Source: Bacilli bacterium
Lineage (GTDB): Bacteria; Bacillota_I; Bacilli_A; RFN20; CAG-826
Assembly (NCBI GenBank): GCA_900767825.1
Contig: CAAGAN010000028.1
Coordinates: forward strand, 619-64,618
Reading direction: 5' to 3'
Length of the DNA stretch: 64,000 nucleotides
The stretch's first letter is position 1, and every line of letters starts with the position of its first letter. Made by a program: the position numbers and the translations under genes. Under the pieces are notes generated by a model. It saw only the letters and a program-made list of their open reading frames with translations. It made no database searches and was not told the DNA's origin. Positions 18,764 to 28,691 of the stretch are shown in pieces.

Positions 18764-18792
18764 CCCAGGAGTTAATCCTGGGTTTTCTTTTT
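18764..18792 (+). terminator. Rho-independent terminator of the ferredoxin gene, overlapping the ribU stop codon
   Basis: CCCAGGA-GTTAA-TCCTGGG followed by TTTTCTTTTT. Confidence 0.7.
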
Positions 18793-19479
18793 AGGCGTAA
18801 AGCGTAAGAAGACGTGTAAAGAACGATAAATAATAAAGGTTAAAACGATAATAATCGCATCTTTAATCGCATTAAAAGGAGCAACGGCTAATAATCCATA
18901 ACTCCAGCCAACATCACTTATTGCAGGATTGGCATATCTCATTATTTGAAGTAATCCTTCTGGAGTAATTTTCAACATCCAAAGATAGAATGGAATCAAT
19001 AAATATACATTTAAAATGACTCCACAAATTATTTGGACAATTGTTCCTATTCCAAATCCAATAGCAACACCTTTTAAATTTCTCTTCTTTGAATAAATAA
19101 AAGTAGTTAATCCGACATAGATGCTAGATAAGACAAAATCGGCAAATTCTCCAACACATAAAGTTGAAGTCATAGGCAATTTGACAATTGTCTTAATAGC
19201 AATGACGGCAATTCCGCTAATTGGGCCATAGGCAAACCCACAAATAAAGGCTGGTATTTCATCAAAATGAAGACTTAAGAAAGATGGGATAAATGGTAAT
19301 TTGATATTGAATATCGGAACCGTATACAAAATAGCGCTTATCGCCCCAAACATGGCAACTCTAGCTATAAATCTAGTAATATTGAATTCTCTTTTGGTAT
19401 TAAAGGAAAAATAGACCTTGAAAGTTAAAACTAAGACGATAGCAAATAAGGCAAGGGCTACATAAGAGTAAATTGACAT
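18772..19479 (-). CDS. ribU: ECF-transporter S component, riboflavin transporter RibU
   Basis: Polytopic membrane protein directly downstream of an FMN riboswitch. I place the start at ATG 19479 (MSIYSY...) with GGGAGG 7 nt upstream. Confidence 0.8.
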   Translation of the reverse strand: MSIYSYVALALFAIVLVLTFKVYFSFNTKREFNITRFIARVAMFGAISAILYTVPIFNIKLPFIPSFLSLHFDEIPAFICGFAYGPISGIAVIAIKTIVKLPMTSTLCVGEFADFVLSSIYVGLTTFIYSKKRNLKGVAIGFGIGTIVQIICGVILNVYLLIPFYLWMLKITPEGLLQIMRYANPAISDVGWSYGLLAVAPFNAIKDAIIIVLTFIIYRSLHVFLRFTPKKKTQD

Positions 19480-19482
19480 AAA

Positions 19483-19640
19483 AAATCCTCCCAAATGCGA
19501 CAAACAGGGAGGTCAAATCGTGCATCTTCTTTTATCCGGACTTTACCGTTGGCTTTGGAATTTCACCAAATCGTGCTCATAGAGCTTGTGGGCTTTACCA
19601 CCAGTCGACGTAATTATCGTCGCCCTGAAGCAATTACATT
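19483..19640 (-). ncRNA. FMN riboswitch (RFN element) with SD-sequestering expression platform
   Basis: The reverse strand reads CUUCAGGGC...ACUGGUGGUAAAGCCCACAAGC...GGUGAAAUUCCAAAGCCAACGGUAAAGUCCGGAUAAAAGAAG. A CCUCCC (19507..19512) then lies complementary to the ribU SD GGGAGG (19487..19492). Confidence 0.85.
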
Positions 19641-19689
19641 ATAATACGTTTTTTCTTTATGGGTAGATTTAAATCAAAATTGATACACT

Positions 19690-20538
19690 TTACTTACATT
19701 TAAATGAATCAATAAATCTTTCTTTATCTTCTTTTGAATTGAAGTTTAAAGTAATACTTTTTTCTCTTTCGAAAGATGAAATTAAACCGGAAAACGATAT
19801 AATGGGTTCGCTATTTTCCAAATAAGGCTCATTATTTATTAAAGCATGTGCAAGCCTTTCGCTCTCTCTGACCGAGAGCTTTTTCTCATTAATTATTTTG
19901 TAAGCTGTCTCTAATTTTTCACCCTCTAAAGAAACTAAAGCCCTTGCATGTCCATATGATAATTTACCTAGAGTAATATCTTTCTTGATTGGATCAGGAA
20001 GAGAAAGAATACGTAAAATATTAGTTATCTGGCTACGTGAAAGGTGAGATAAATCCGCCAAAGTTTGTTGGGTATAGCCAAACAAAGATGAAAGTTGTTT
20101 ACAAACTACAGCCATCTCCAAAACATTAGCAGATCTGTTGTCTCTAGTATCTGCTAAAAGCATGAGTAAAACTTCTTCATCCTCAGCATCCCTAACTACA
20201 CAAGGAAGAGACAATATACCAGCCTTTTTAGCACCGAAAAACCTTTTCCTACCTAATATCAATTCGAATCTATCGCCTTTTGATCTTACAATTAAAGGAT
20301 TATAAAAACCTTTTTCTTTCAATCCTGCAGCAAAAGAAGAAACAACATCTTTAGGAATGACTATGTCCTTAATAAAACTAGTATCATCTATTAAAGAAGT
20401 AGGAATAAGTCTAGCAGGAGCAGCCTGATATTCCTTCTCCATGACGGCAATAACGTCTTCTTGGGAGAACTTTTCTATTAAATTAGATAAAGACGGAACA
20501 ACTTTCTTACCTTCTCTTTTCATGGTCAATGACCTCAC
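19690..20538 (-). CDS. parB: chromosome partitioning protein ParB/Spo0J
   Basis: 282 aa. ParB box region PLIVRSKGDRFELILGRKRFFGAKKAG and an HTH region. The start may instead be ATG 20523. Confidence 0.9.
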   Translation of the reverse strand: MRSLTMKREGKKVVPSLSNLIEKFSQEDVIAVMEKEYQAAPARLIPTSLIDDTSFIKDIVIPKDVVSSFAAGLKEKGFYNPLIVRSKGDRFELILGRKRFFGAKKAGILSLPCVVRDAEDEEVLLMLLADTRDNRSANVLEMAVVCKQLSSLFGYTQQTLADLSHLSRSQITNILRILSLPDPIKKDITLGKLSYGHARALVSLEGEKLETAYKIINEKKLSVRESERLAHALINNEPYLENSEPIISFSGLISSFEREKSITLNFNSKEDKERFIDSFKCK

Positions 20539-21283
20539 GAGCTAAAGAATAATAAGCGGTTGCACCCATGCTGGTAGGCTTGTAATTAATAACGCTAGTC
20601 ATAGCGGCCTGGCTATCGGCTATAGATTGGTTACGCGGAATAGAAACTAGGAATGTATTTTCCTTAAATAAACGTCTGACTTCAGAAGAAATCTCGGTTC
20701 CAAGCTGAGTTCTAGCATCATACATTGTTAATAAGAATCCTTCTATTTCTAAACTTGGATTATATTTCTTTTGTACCGTAGAAATCGAAGACAATATAGC
20801 AGCCACGGCTTCCATAGCAAAATATTCGCATTGAACTGGAATAATTACAGAATCGCAGCTAGCCAAAGCGTTTAAAGAAAGCGCGCCTAAGGATGGAGGG
20901 CAATCTATAACGACATAATCATATTGTTCCTTGATTTGGTCTAATTGCCTTTTAAGCAAGAAAAAAGGATCGCTTACACCTTGTCCAATTAAAGATGCTT
21001 CTAACGATGCTAAACGCAAATTAGAAGGGCAGACAAATAAGTTATCTTCGTTAGTTTTTAAAATAGTTTCTTCTAATGTTGAAGCCCCGACAAGAACCTC
21101 AAAAGTAGTTTTCTTGCATAAAGAAATGTCGATACCAACACCACGTCCTGAATTACCCTGTGGATCAATATCTAAAAGAAGCACCTTCTTGCCAAGATGA
21201 GACAGGGCGGAAGATAAATTAATAGCGGTTGTAGTCTTTCCTACACCGCCTTTTTGGTTGGCGATTGCAATTACTCTACTCAT
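20507..21283 (-). CDS. parA: chromosome partitioning ATPase ParA/Soj
   Basis: Deviant Walker A motif NQKGGVGKTTT. I place the start at MSRVIAIANQ (21283). Confidence 0.9.
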   Translation of the reverse strand: MSRVIAIANQKGGVGKTTTAINLSSALSHLGKKVLLLDIDPQGNSGRGVGIDISLCKKTTFEVLVGASTLEETILKTNEDNLFVCPSNLRLASLEASLIGQGVSDPFFLLKRQLDQIKEQYDYVVIDCPPSLGALSLNALASCDSVIIPVQCEYFAMEAVAAILSSISTVQKKYNPSLEIEGFLLTMYDARTQLGTEISSEVRRLFKENTFLVSIPRNQSIADSQAAMTSVINYKPTSMGATAYYSLAREVIDHEKRR

Positions 21284-21308
21284 GAATATCAAAATTATAA
21301 ATGAATTT

Positions 21309-22013
21309 CTACCAAAGTGGCTTAGAAATTAATGTAGCCCATGGACGTGGATACTTAGTTGGGGTCTCTTTTACTTTCTTTAGGAAAATATTAAACCTAA
21401 GGCTATTAGAAGAAGGCAAATAATCAATAACGGTTTTTTCTTTAGTTAAGCCTAGACTTTTTAAATAAGGTGCGGCTAGTTTTAATTCTTCTTCGCCTTG
21501 ATTGGATTTCATTGAAATTACATATCCGCCAATCTTGACTAAAGGGGCGCTAACTTCACACGTAGTAGATAAAGAAGAGAAGCCCCTAGAAGAAGCAACA
21601 TCAAAGTAATTCCTATATTCTTTCATGTCTTCAACTCTTCCAATATGGAAAGAAACATTTGGGATTTGCAGTTCTTTTTTAATAAATTCAAGGAACTTAA
21701 ATTTCTTAGCAGTCGAATCAATTAAAGTTACTTTTGCACTTGGATTAACTAGGGCTATAACCATTCCAGGGAACCCTGCACCAGAACCAATATCAGCAAC
21801 TAACTTATTAGAAAAATCAAAAGATTCCATCAAAAGAAGACAATCGAAAAAATGCTTTTCGAAGATTTCGCTTTCTTCTTTTATGGAAGTTAAATTCATC
21901 TTTGCATTCCATTCAATTAAGCAAGATGCATATGTATTGAATTTGTTTTCTAAAGAGGAATCGATAGCAATACCTTTTTTGGACAAAAGTTCTTGCATGA
22001 CCTTAAAATTCAT
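21309..22013 (-). CDS. rsmG: 16S rRNA (guanine527-N7)-methyltransferase RsmG
   Basis: 234 aa. SAM motif DIGSGAGFPG. Conserved mnmG-rsmG order. Confidence 0.9.
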   Translation of the reverse strand: MNFKVMQELLSKKGIAIDSSLENKFNTYASCLIEWNAKMNLTSIKEESEIFEKHFFDCLLLMESFDFSNKLVADIGSGAGFPGMVIALVNPSAKVTLIDSTAKKFKFLEFIKKELQIPNVSFHIGRVEDMKEYRNYFDVASSRGFSSLSTTCEVSAPLVKIGGYVISMKSNQGEEELKLAAPYLKSLGLTKEKTVIDYLPSSNSLRFNIFLKKVKETPTKYPRPWATLISKPLW

Positions 22014-23881
22014 TTCTTCATCCTCCTTAGGTTCAATAATAATATAGAAATATCAGCAGGATTAACCCCATAAATTCTAGAAGCCTGGGAGATTGAGGTT
22101 GGCCTAACTGCATCTAATTTAGTCCTAGCTTCCAAACGTAATCCATCCATATGCAGATAATCAATATCGCTTGGAATCAGCATATTCTCTTCTTTAATTA
22201 ATAAAGATGCTTCTCTTTCTTCCTTTTTGATATAGCCTTCATATTTAACAATGGCTTCTAGAGATTGTATTTCTTGATAATCTAAATCAAAGTCTTTTAA
22301 CCCCTCGGTTATTGGACGAATCTCTTCATAATGGAAGAATGGTCTTTTTAACACATCGTAAGATTTCAAACCAATTGAAGTTGGCTCTCCTCCCTTTTCG
22401 ATTAAAAGAGAATTTAGTTTATCTTTATCAGCAATATTACTAGCTTTTAAAGCTTCTATAGTAGCGTTTATTCGAGCATATTTTTCTTTGAATTTTGAAT
22501 ACACGTCCTCGCTAAGTAGACCAATTTCATGACCCAAATCCATTAATCTAGCATCTGCATTATCGTTTCTTAAAAGCAAACGATACTCAGCCCTAGATGA
22601 TAAAAGTCTATAGGGCTCTTCAGCACCTTTTGTAACCAAATCATCAATCATGACTCCGATATAAGCTTCGCTGCGTTTTAATATAATTGGATCTTGGTTA
22701 TGTAGATACCTACTTGCATTAATTCCAGCCATCAAACCTAGCCCTGCAGCTTCTTCATAGCCTGAAGTTCCGCATATTTGTCCAGCGACAAATAATCCTG
22801 GAACGCTTTTAACCATTAACGAACGATCGAATTGGAAAGAGGTCAATGCATCATATTCAATTTGGTAGGCATACTTTAGTATTTTCGCATTTTCTAACCC
22901 TGGTAATGAATGTACCATGATTTCTTGGATATCATGAGGCATTCCAGTAGAAAACCCTTGTAGATAGATAGAATTACCATCTTCAGTTTCTGGCTCTAGA
23001 AACAATTGATGTCTAGGCTTATCGGCAAATCTAACAACCTTAGATTCAATTGAAGGGCAATATCTAGGCCCGTTAGAAATTATATTTCCATTAAACAAAG
23101 CAGAATCAGGAAGGTGCTTATTTATGATATCTAATGTTTCTTTGGTCGTATAAATCAAATAGCAAGGAAGTTGCTTCGAATAATCTCTTTTTGTCTTAGG
23201 AAAGAAGGAAAAAGTCAAAGGCAAAGTCGAGCCGGGTTGGATTTCTCCTTTTGAAAAATCAATGGTATCTTTATCAATTCTAGGAGGCGTTCCTGTCTTA
23301 AGCCTAAACGTCTTTATTCCTAGTTTATTTAACGAATCCGTGAGGGACGTGGATGCTTTTTCTCCATCAGGTCCACCAGAAAAAGAAGATGTCCCAGAGA
23401 TGATTCTAGAATTTAAATAAGTACCAGTAGTTACAATTACAGTCTTGGATTTATAGACATTTTTATTAGTAGCAACAACAAAAAGACCATCTTCTTTTGT
23501 AATTGAAATTGCTTCTTCTCCAACTAGAGTTAGATTAGGGACTGCAGAAAGAAGACTCTTAATTATTCTAGGATAGAGTTTCTTATCTTGCTGCGATCTT
23601 AAACATTGTACTCCAGGACCTTTTCCGGTGTTCAATATCTTCATTTGAAGAGGATTAACATCAGCTGCAGTAGCCATTAGTCCACCTAAAGCATCAATTT
23701 CCCTAACAACATTCCCTTTAGCAGAGCCTCCTATATGAGGATTACAAGGCATGTTGCCTAACATATCTAGATTCAAGCTTAAAAGAAGGGTCTTATTCCC
23801 TAGTTTGGCAGTAGCATGACTAGCTTCAACTCCAGCATGCCCCCCGCCAATAACAATTGAATCAAAATCAAAAGAAGACAT
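22010..23881 (-). CDS. mnmG: tRNA uridine 5-carboxymethylaminomethyl modification enzyme MnmG
   Basis: 623 aa. N-terminal FAD motif IVIGGGHAGVEA and the full GidA pattern. Confidence 0.95.
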   Translation of the reverse strand: MSSFDFDSIVIGGGHAGVEASHATAKLGNKTLLLSLNLDMLGNMPCNPHIGGSAKGNVVREIDALGGLMATAADVNPLQMKILNTGKGPGVQCLRSQQDKKLYPRIIKSLLSAVPNLTLVGEEAISITKEDGLFVVATNKNVYKSKTVIVTTGTYLNSRIISGTSSFSGGPDGEKASTSLTDSLNKLGIKTFRLKTGTPPRIDKDTIDFSKGEIQPGSTLPLTFSFFPKTKRDYSKQLPCYLIYTTKETLDIINKHLPDSALFNGNIISNGPRYCPSIESKVVRFADKPRHQLFLEPETEDGNSIYLQGFSTGMPHDIQEIMVHSLPGLENAKILKYAYQIEYDALTSFQFDRSLMVKSVPGLFVAGQICGTSGYEEAAGLGLMAGINASRYLHNQDPIILKRSEAYIGVMIDDLVTKGAEEPYRLLSSRAEYRLLLRNDNADARLMDLGHEIGLLSEDVYSKFKEKYARINATIEALKASNIADKDKLNSLLIEKGGEPTSIGLKSYDVLKRPFFHYEEIRPITEGLKDFDLDYQEIQSLEAIVKYEGYIKKEEREASLLIKEENMLIPSDIDYLHMDGLRLEARTKLDAVRPTSISQASRIYGVNPADISILLLNLRRMKK

Positions 23882-25290
23882 TAACCAACTGACCCCACCA
23901 TGTCCATCTTAATTAGTTGATTAAGCTCAACTGCATATTCCATTGGCAATTCTTTAGAGAATGGTTCAATAAAGCCCATGACTATCATCTGCGTCGCATC
24001 TTTTTCGGATAATCCACGACTCATTAAATAGAACAATTGGTCTTCACTAATCTTAGAAACAGTAGCCTCATGCTCGATATAAGAGGCAGAATTTTGTATT
24101 TCATTAGTAGGAATAGTATCGCTTCTACTTGCTTCATCTAGGATCAAAGTGTCGCACTCGACATGAGATTTTGATCCGATTGCATTAGGCTCACTACGTA
24201 CAGTTCCCCTATAATTAGCAACGCCTCCACCTTTAACGATGGATTTAGAAATAATGGTCGAGGAAGTATTTTTTCCTTTATGAATCATTCTAGCCCCAGC
24301 ATCTTGGTATTGGTCCTTGCTTGCAACAGCAATAGAAATGCAAGTTCCTTTAGCCCTATCACCAGCTAAGATGCATCCAGGATATTTCATATTGACCATG
24401 GAACCGATGTTTCCATCTATCCATTCCATCAATCCATCTTCTTCAACATAGGCACGCTTAGTAACTAGATTAACAATATTATTAGACCAGTTTTGAACAG
24501 TCGAATAACGGCATCTAGCGCCTTTGCCAACATATATTTCAACAACAGCAGCATGCAAGGAATCTTTTGAATAAATTGGGGCAGTACAGCCTTCGACATA
24601 ATGTAAGTCAGCCCCATCATCAACAATGATTAAAGTCCTTTCGAATTGGCCTGATTTTTCATTGTTAATTCTAAAATAAGACTGCAAAGGTTTGTCCAAA
24701 TGCACGCCTTTTGGAACATAGATAAAGCTTCCTCCGCTCCAAACTGCACCATTTAGTGCGGAAAATTTATTATCGGCAAAGGGAACAATTGTATTGAAAT
24801 ATTTCCTAACTAAATCCGGATACATTTGTAAAGCCATATCAGTAGAAAGGAAGATTACTCCTTTTTCTTCGACTTCTTTTAACATGTTGTGATAAACAAC
24901 TTCGGATTCATATTGGGTAGAAACACCTGAAAGATATTTTTGTTCGGCTTCAGGAATACCTAGTTTAGAAAAAGTATCCTTAATAGTCTTAGGGACTTTA
25001 TCCCATGTATTTTCTTCTTTTTCGCTTGGCCTAGTAAAATATGTATAGGTATCAAAATCCAAAAAAGACAAATCGGGTCCAAAAGAAGGCATTTTCATAG
25101 CCTTAAAGGCACGATAACTCTTCAAACGGAATTCCTTCATCCATTCAGGTTCATGCTTCAACGAAGATATTTCCTTGACTATATTTTCATTTAAGCCCTT
25201 TCCAGTAGAAAGAATGGATACGTCTTTGTTTTTGAAACCGTATTTATACTGTTCATCAACGATTTCGCTAGCTTTAGTCTTATCGTCCAT
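23881..25290 (-). CDS. sufB: Fe-S cluster assembly protein SufB
   Basis: 469 aa. Typical SufB C-terminus ...[16 protein letters not shown]... Confidence 0.95.
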   Translation of the reverse strand: MDDKTKASEIVDEQYKYGFKNKDVSILSTGKGLNENIVKEISSLKHEPEWMKEFRLKSYRAFKAMKMPSFGPDLSFLDFDTYTYFTRPSEKEENTWDKVPKTIKDTFSKLGIPEAEQKYLSGVSTQYESEVVYHNMLKEVEEKGVIFLSTDMALQMYPDLVRKYFNTIVPFADNKFSALNGAVWSGGSFIYVPKGVHLDKPLQSYFRINNEKSGQFERTLIIVDDGADLHYVEGCTAPIYSKDSLHAAVVEIYVGKGARCRYSTVQNWSNNIVNLVTKRAYVEEDGLMEWIDGNIGSMVNMKYPGCILAGDRAKGTCISIAVASKDQYQDAGARMIHKGKNTSSTIISKSIVKGGGVANYRGTVRSEPNAIGSKSHVECDTLILDEASRSDTIPTNEIQNSASYIEHEATVSKISEDQLFYLMSRGLSEKDATQMIVMGFIEPFSKELPMEYAVELNQLIKMDMVGSVG

Positions 25291-25732
25291 CTTTCTTCTC
25301 CTTTAGTAAGCAATCCATTGCATCCCAGCCAATAGTAGCGCAATGAATCCTAGCAGCTTGTTTTCCAGTGTTCATGAAAGCAAGAGCTTCATCTAGAACA
25401 CTAGCATCATATTCTTCTTCATGAAGCATATGGCGATATTGTTCGATTATATATTCGGCTTGCTCTTTGCTTTTTCCAATTAATAAATCACAAAGGATAT
25501 CACTAGATGCAGTCGATATAGCGCAAGCTACCCCATCCCAGCACGCATCTTTTACATTGCCATTTTCATCATATTTAAGGAAAACATCGATATCATCAAT
25601 GCAATTAACAGAAGATGAATGGGTAGATAAAAACCCCTCTCCTTCCATTTTGTGTTTATGTCTAGGAGAAGAATAATGATCCATAATGATTTCTCTCATT
25701 ATTTCAGGAGTGAGTTCAATTGAAATAGGCAT
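25280..25732 (-). CDS. sufU: SUF system sulfur-transfer protein SufU (IscU-like)
   Basis: 150 aa. Conserved [12 protein letters not shown] and R.HC residues. Confidence 0.85.
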   Translation of the reverse strand: MPISIELTPEIMREIIMDHYSSPRHKHKMEGEGFLSTHSSSVNCIDDIDVFLKYDENGNVKDACWDGVACAISTASSDILCDLLIGKSKEQAEYIIEQYRHMLHEEEYDASVLDEALAFMNTGKQAARIHCATIGWDAMDCLLKEKKDGR

Positions 25733-26951
25733 TTAAGTAATCTCCTTCGCAAGTAGAAACAGCATCAACAAGAGCATCGATATCTTCTTTTGTAGTATAT
25801 AAATAGAAAGAAGCTCTTATCGTAGCAATGGTTCCTAAAAAATCTATCAATATTTTAGCGCAATGTTGCCCAGACCTACAGGCAATACCTTTAGAATTTA
25901 GATAAGTTGCAGCATCTTGAGCAAAGACATTATTTACGTTAAACGTTACAATTCCCCCCTCGGATTTCTCATTATAGATGATGCATTTGCCTGTAGCCTT
26001 TAGTTTTTCAACACAGTATTTCTTTAATTCTTCTTCGTGCTTTTCAATGTTATCTAATCCAATAGAAGTTAGATAATCAATAGCGGCATGAAGCCCAATA
26101 ATTCCTTCTAGGTTTTGTGTTCCTGCCTCAAACCTAAGTGGCGGCTCTAGATAATTTACATCGCCACACATATCAAATTTGGCATTCATTCCCCCGCCAG
26201 TCATAAAAGGTTCCATCTTTGAAAGCAAATCGAATTTGCCATACAAAACCCCAATTCCAGTTGGACCACACATCTTATGGCCAGAGAAAGAAAGGAAATC
26301 GATATCGCTATCTTTGACATCCATCTTTATATGCGGGACAGATTGGGCTCCATCGACAACAATTAAAGCACCATGTTTATGGGCAATGGCGGCTAATTCT
26401 TTTATAGGAGCGATATAACCAAGTACATTAGTCACATGGGCGACACATACCAATTTGACATCAGGGGTCAACGCTTTTTCTAGATTTTCAGGTGTTAATC
26501 TTCCATCTTTATCAAGAGGAATGAAATCAACTTGGCAACCAGTCATTTCGGAAACCTTATACCAAGGAAGAACATTTGAAGCATGTTCAGCCTGGGTAAG
26601 AAGGATTTTGTCGTTCTTAGTTAAATATTTAACCCCATATCCAAAAGCAACAAGATTAATAGATGCCGTAGTTCCTGAAGTAAATACAACTTCGGTATCT
26701 TTTGAGTTAATAAATTTTGCAACAGCCCTTCTGGCATTTAATACTTCCATATCCATATTAAAGCAAAGGTCATAATCGCCTCTATGGGAATTGCTAGTTT
26801 CTTTCGTGTAATATCTAGAAACTGCTTCCAAAACACAATCTGGTTTAAAAGTTGTAGAAGCATTATCAAGCCAAACAAGGTCTTTCCCTTGCATCTTGAT
26901 TTTGTTTCTATACATTGGAAAATCGTTTCTAATTTTATATGGATCTAACAT
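25716..26951 (-). CDS. sufS: cysteine desulfurase SufS
   Basis: Class V aminotransferase with PLP Lys region SFSGHKMCGPTG and the active-site Cys region. I place the start at ATG 26951 with GAGGAGGG upstream, in a TAATG overlap with sufD. Confidence 0.92.
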   Translation of the reverse strand: MLDPYKIRNDFPMYRNKIKMQGKDLVWLDNASTTFKPDCVLEAVSRYYTKETSNSHRGDYDLCFNMDMEVLNARRAVAKFINSKDTEVVFTSGTTASINLVAFGYGVKYLTKNDKILLTQAEHASNVLPWYKVSEMTGCQVDFIPLDKDGRLTPENLEKALTPDVKLVCVAHVTNVLGYIAPIKELAAIAHKHGALIVVDGAQSVPHIKMDVKDSDIDFLSFSGHKMCGPTGIGVLYGKFDLLSKMEPFMTGGGMNAKFDMCGDVNYLEPPLRFEAGTQNLEGIIGLHAAIDYLTSIGLDNIEKHEEELKKYCVEKLKATGKCIIYNEKSEGGIVTFNVNNVFAQDAATYLNSKGIACRSGQHCAKILIDFLGTIATIRASFYLYTTKEDIDALVDAVSTCEGDYLNAYFN

Positions 26952-27628
26952 TAAAAACCCTCCTCGATACAAGAAAGTATCTTCTTCCTTAAATCTTCAT
27001 CGGAGAAATATTCGACAACAGGTTTGAGGTATCCAAGTGTAATCAAACGTTTAGCTTCTTCTTCGCTTAACCCTCTAGACATTAAATAGAATAGATGGGA
27101 ATCGTTAAGTTTACCTACTGTAGCGCCATGAGAAGCAATGACATCATTTTCGTCAATCTTAAGCACAGGGGAGCATTTGCCATCCGCACCTTGGTCAAAA
27201 ACAATAATCTTTGCTTCTTGTCTGGTGTTTGATTTTATTGCATATTTTTCAATTGAAGAAACACCAGTGAAAGTTAGTCTAGAATTATCTTGGCAAATAC
27301 CATAGTTAGACATTAAGCTGTTGCTTCCTTTTTCTTTATGGAAACAAGAAGTCGAGAATATCTTTCTATCACTATTTTTACTAAGGGAAGATAAGTTCCA
27401 TTTGCAAGAAGCACCTTCACTTAAATTGACATTTATCTCAAATTTTCCTGAACCATTAGAGAAATCTGCAAAAGCACCTCTAAACGAACCGCCTTTTTTA
27501 ACATTTACATTGACTTTTGCAATTGGAAAATTAGAAAATGCAGCGAAATCAAGTTTTAATTCTTCGCCTTCTTCTACCTCAAAATCAAGGTCTTTTATAT
27601 CATTATCAACAAGTGTTAATTGACGCAT
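26951..27628 (-). CDS. sufD: Fe-S cluster assembly protein SufD (short form)
   Basis: C-terminal SufB/D beta-helix with ...[15 protein letters not shown].... The likely start is MRQLTLV at 27628. The ORF-track start at 27664 would overlap sufC by 31 nt. Confidence 0.8.
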   Translation of the reverse strand: MRQLTLVDNDIKDLDFEVEEGEELKLDFAAFSNFPIAKVNVNVKKGGSFRGAFADFSNGSGKFEINVNLSEGASCKWNLSSLSKNSDRKIFSTSCFHKEKGSNSLMSNYGICQDNSRLTFTGVSSIEKYAIKSNTRQEAKIIVFDQGADGKCSPVLKIDENDVIASHGATVGKLNDSHLFYLMSRGLSEEEAKRLITLGYLKPVVEYFSDEDLRKKILSCIEEGF

Positions 27629-27633
27629 ATCAA

Positions 27634-28455
27634 TTATTCCTTTATTGCTAATCTTGTAGCACATTCGCCAATGGAAACTTTATTCATTTCTTTTTCTTCC
27701 TTGGCAATAGAAATACCTAATTCTTTTTGGATCCATTCATAACCTTCGCTATCGATCCTCTTGATTATTTCAGGCCCGCCTTCAACAGCAATTCTACCAT
27801 TAATCATAACAGCGGCACGGGTTGGATGAATCATTTCATATAGACGTGCATAATGGCTAATTACTAGGAATCCCCTGCCATTATTTTGTTCTTCCCTAAT
27901 GTTTTTAGAAACTATTTGCATAGCGTCAACGTCAAGCCCCGAATCAATTTCATCTAGAAGAGCAAATTTAGGCTCGAGCAATATCATTTGGAGTATTTCG
28001 TTCCTCTTCTTTTCGCCTCCAGAAAATCCTTCATTTAGGTTTCTAGAAGTCATTTCGAATGAAATACCTACTCTTTCATAGGCTTTTTTTAATTTGGAAT
28101 AGAATTCAAAAAGAGTAAGAGGTTTTTCTCTTCTAGCATTAAGAGCGGCTTTTAAGAAGTCGCTAGAATTTACTCCAGGTATTTCAACTGGGTTTTGTAA
28201 AGCAAGGAACAAGCCTTTCTTGTTACGGGTATCAACACTCATTGAAAGAACATCTTCCCCATCAAGAGTTATTGAACCACTAGTGACAGTAAATTCAGGA
28301 TTGCCCATAATCGCAGCAAGTAATGTTGACTTACCATGACCATTAGGACCAAGCAAGGCAAGTGTCTCGCCTTCATTTATTTTCAAATTTACACCCTTTA
28401 GGATTTCTTTATCTTTTACCGATACATGCAAATCTTTAATGACTAGTTCGCTCAT
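27634..28455 (-). CDS. sufC: Fe-S cluster assembly ATPase SufC
   Basis: 273 aa. Walker A GPNGHGKST, signature FSGGEKKRNE, Walker B LLDEIDSGLD. Confidence 0.95.
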   Translation of the reverse strand: MSELVIKDLHVSVKDKEILKGVNLKINEGETLALLGPNGHGKSTLLAAIMGNPEFTVTSGSITLDGEDVLSMSVDTRNKKGLFLALQNPVEIPGVNSSDFLKAALNARREKPLTLFEFYSKLKKAYERVGISFEMTSRNLNEGFSGGEKKRNEILQMILLEPKFALLDEIDSGLDVDAMQIVSKNIREEQNNGRGFLVISHYARLYEMIHPTRAAVMINGRIAVEGGPEIIKRIDSEGYEWIQKELGISIAKEEKEMNKVSIGECATRLAIKE

Positions 28456-28477
28456 ACATACACCTCAAAGCGTGTAT

Positions 28478-28506
28478 ATTCTAGTCAGTTGCACTCTCTT
28501 AAACAA
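28478..28506 (-). promoter_or_regulatory. candidate promoter of the suf array
   Basis: On the minus strand: TTGTTT (28506..28501), a 17-nt spacer, then TAGAAT (28483..28478). It lies about 22 nt upstream of the sufC ATG. Confidence 0.4.
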
Positions 28507-28691
28507 CAAAAGTAATAAAAAACTTTTCTAACCAAAGATAAATCTTTGCACATTTTTCACCCCTTTTTAGGCATAAAATACCTATATTTCGCCCACACAG
28601 GCAATTACGCATAAAAAATTCTTGTAAGATTACTTATTAAAGTAATATCATTAACACGCTACGTTCAAGACGAAGGAGGAACGAGTCTAGT

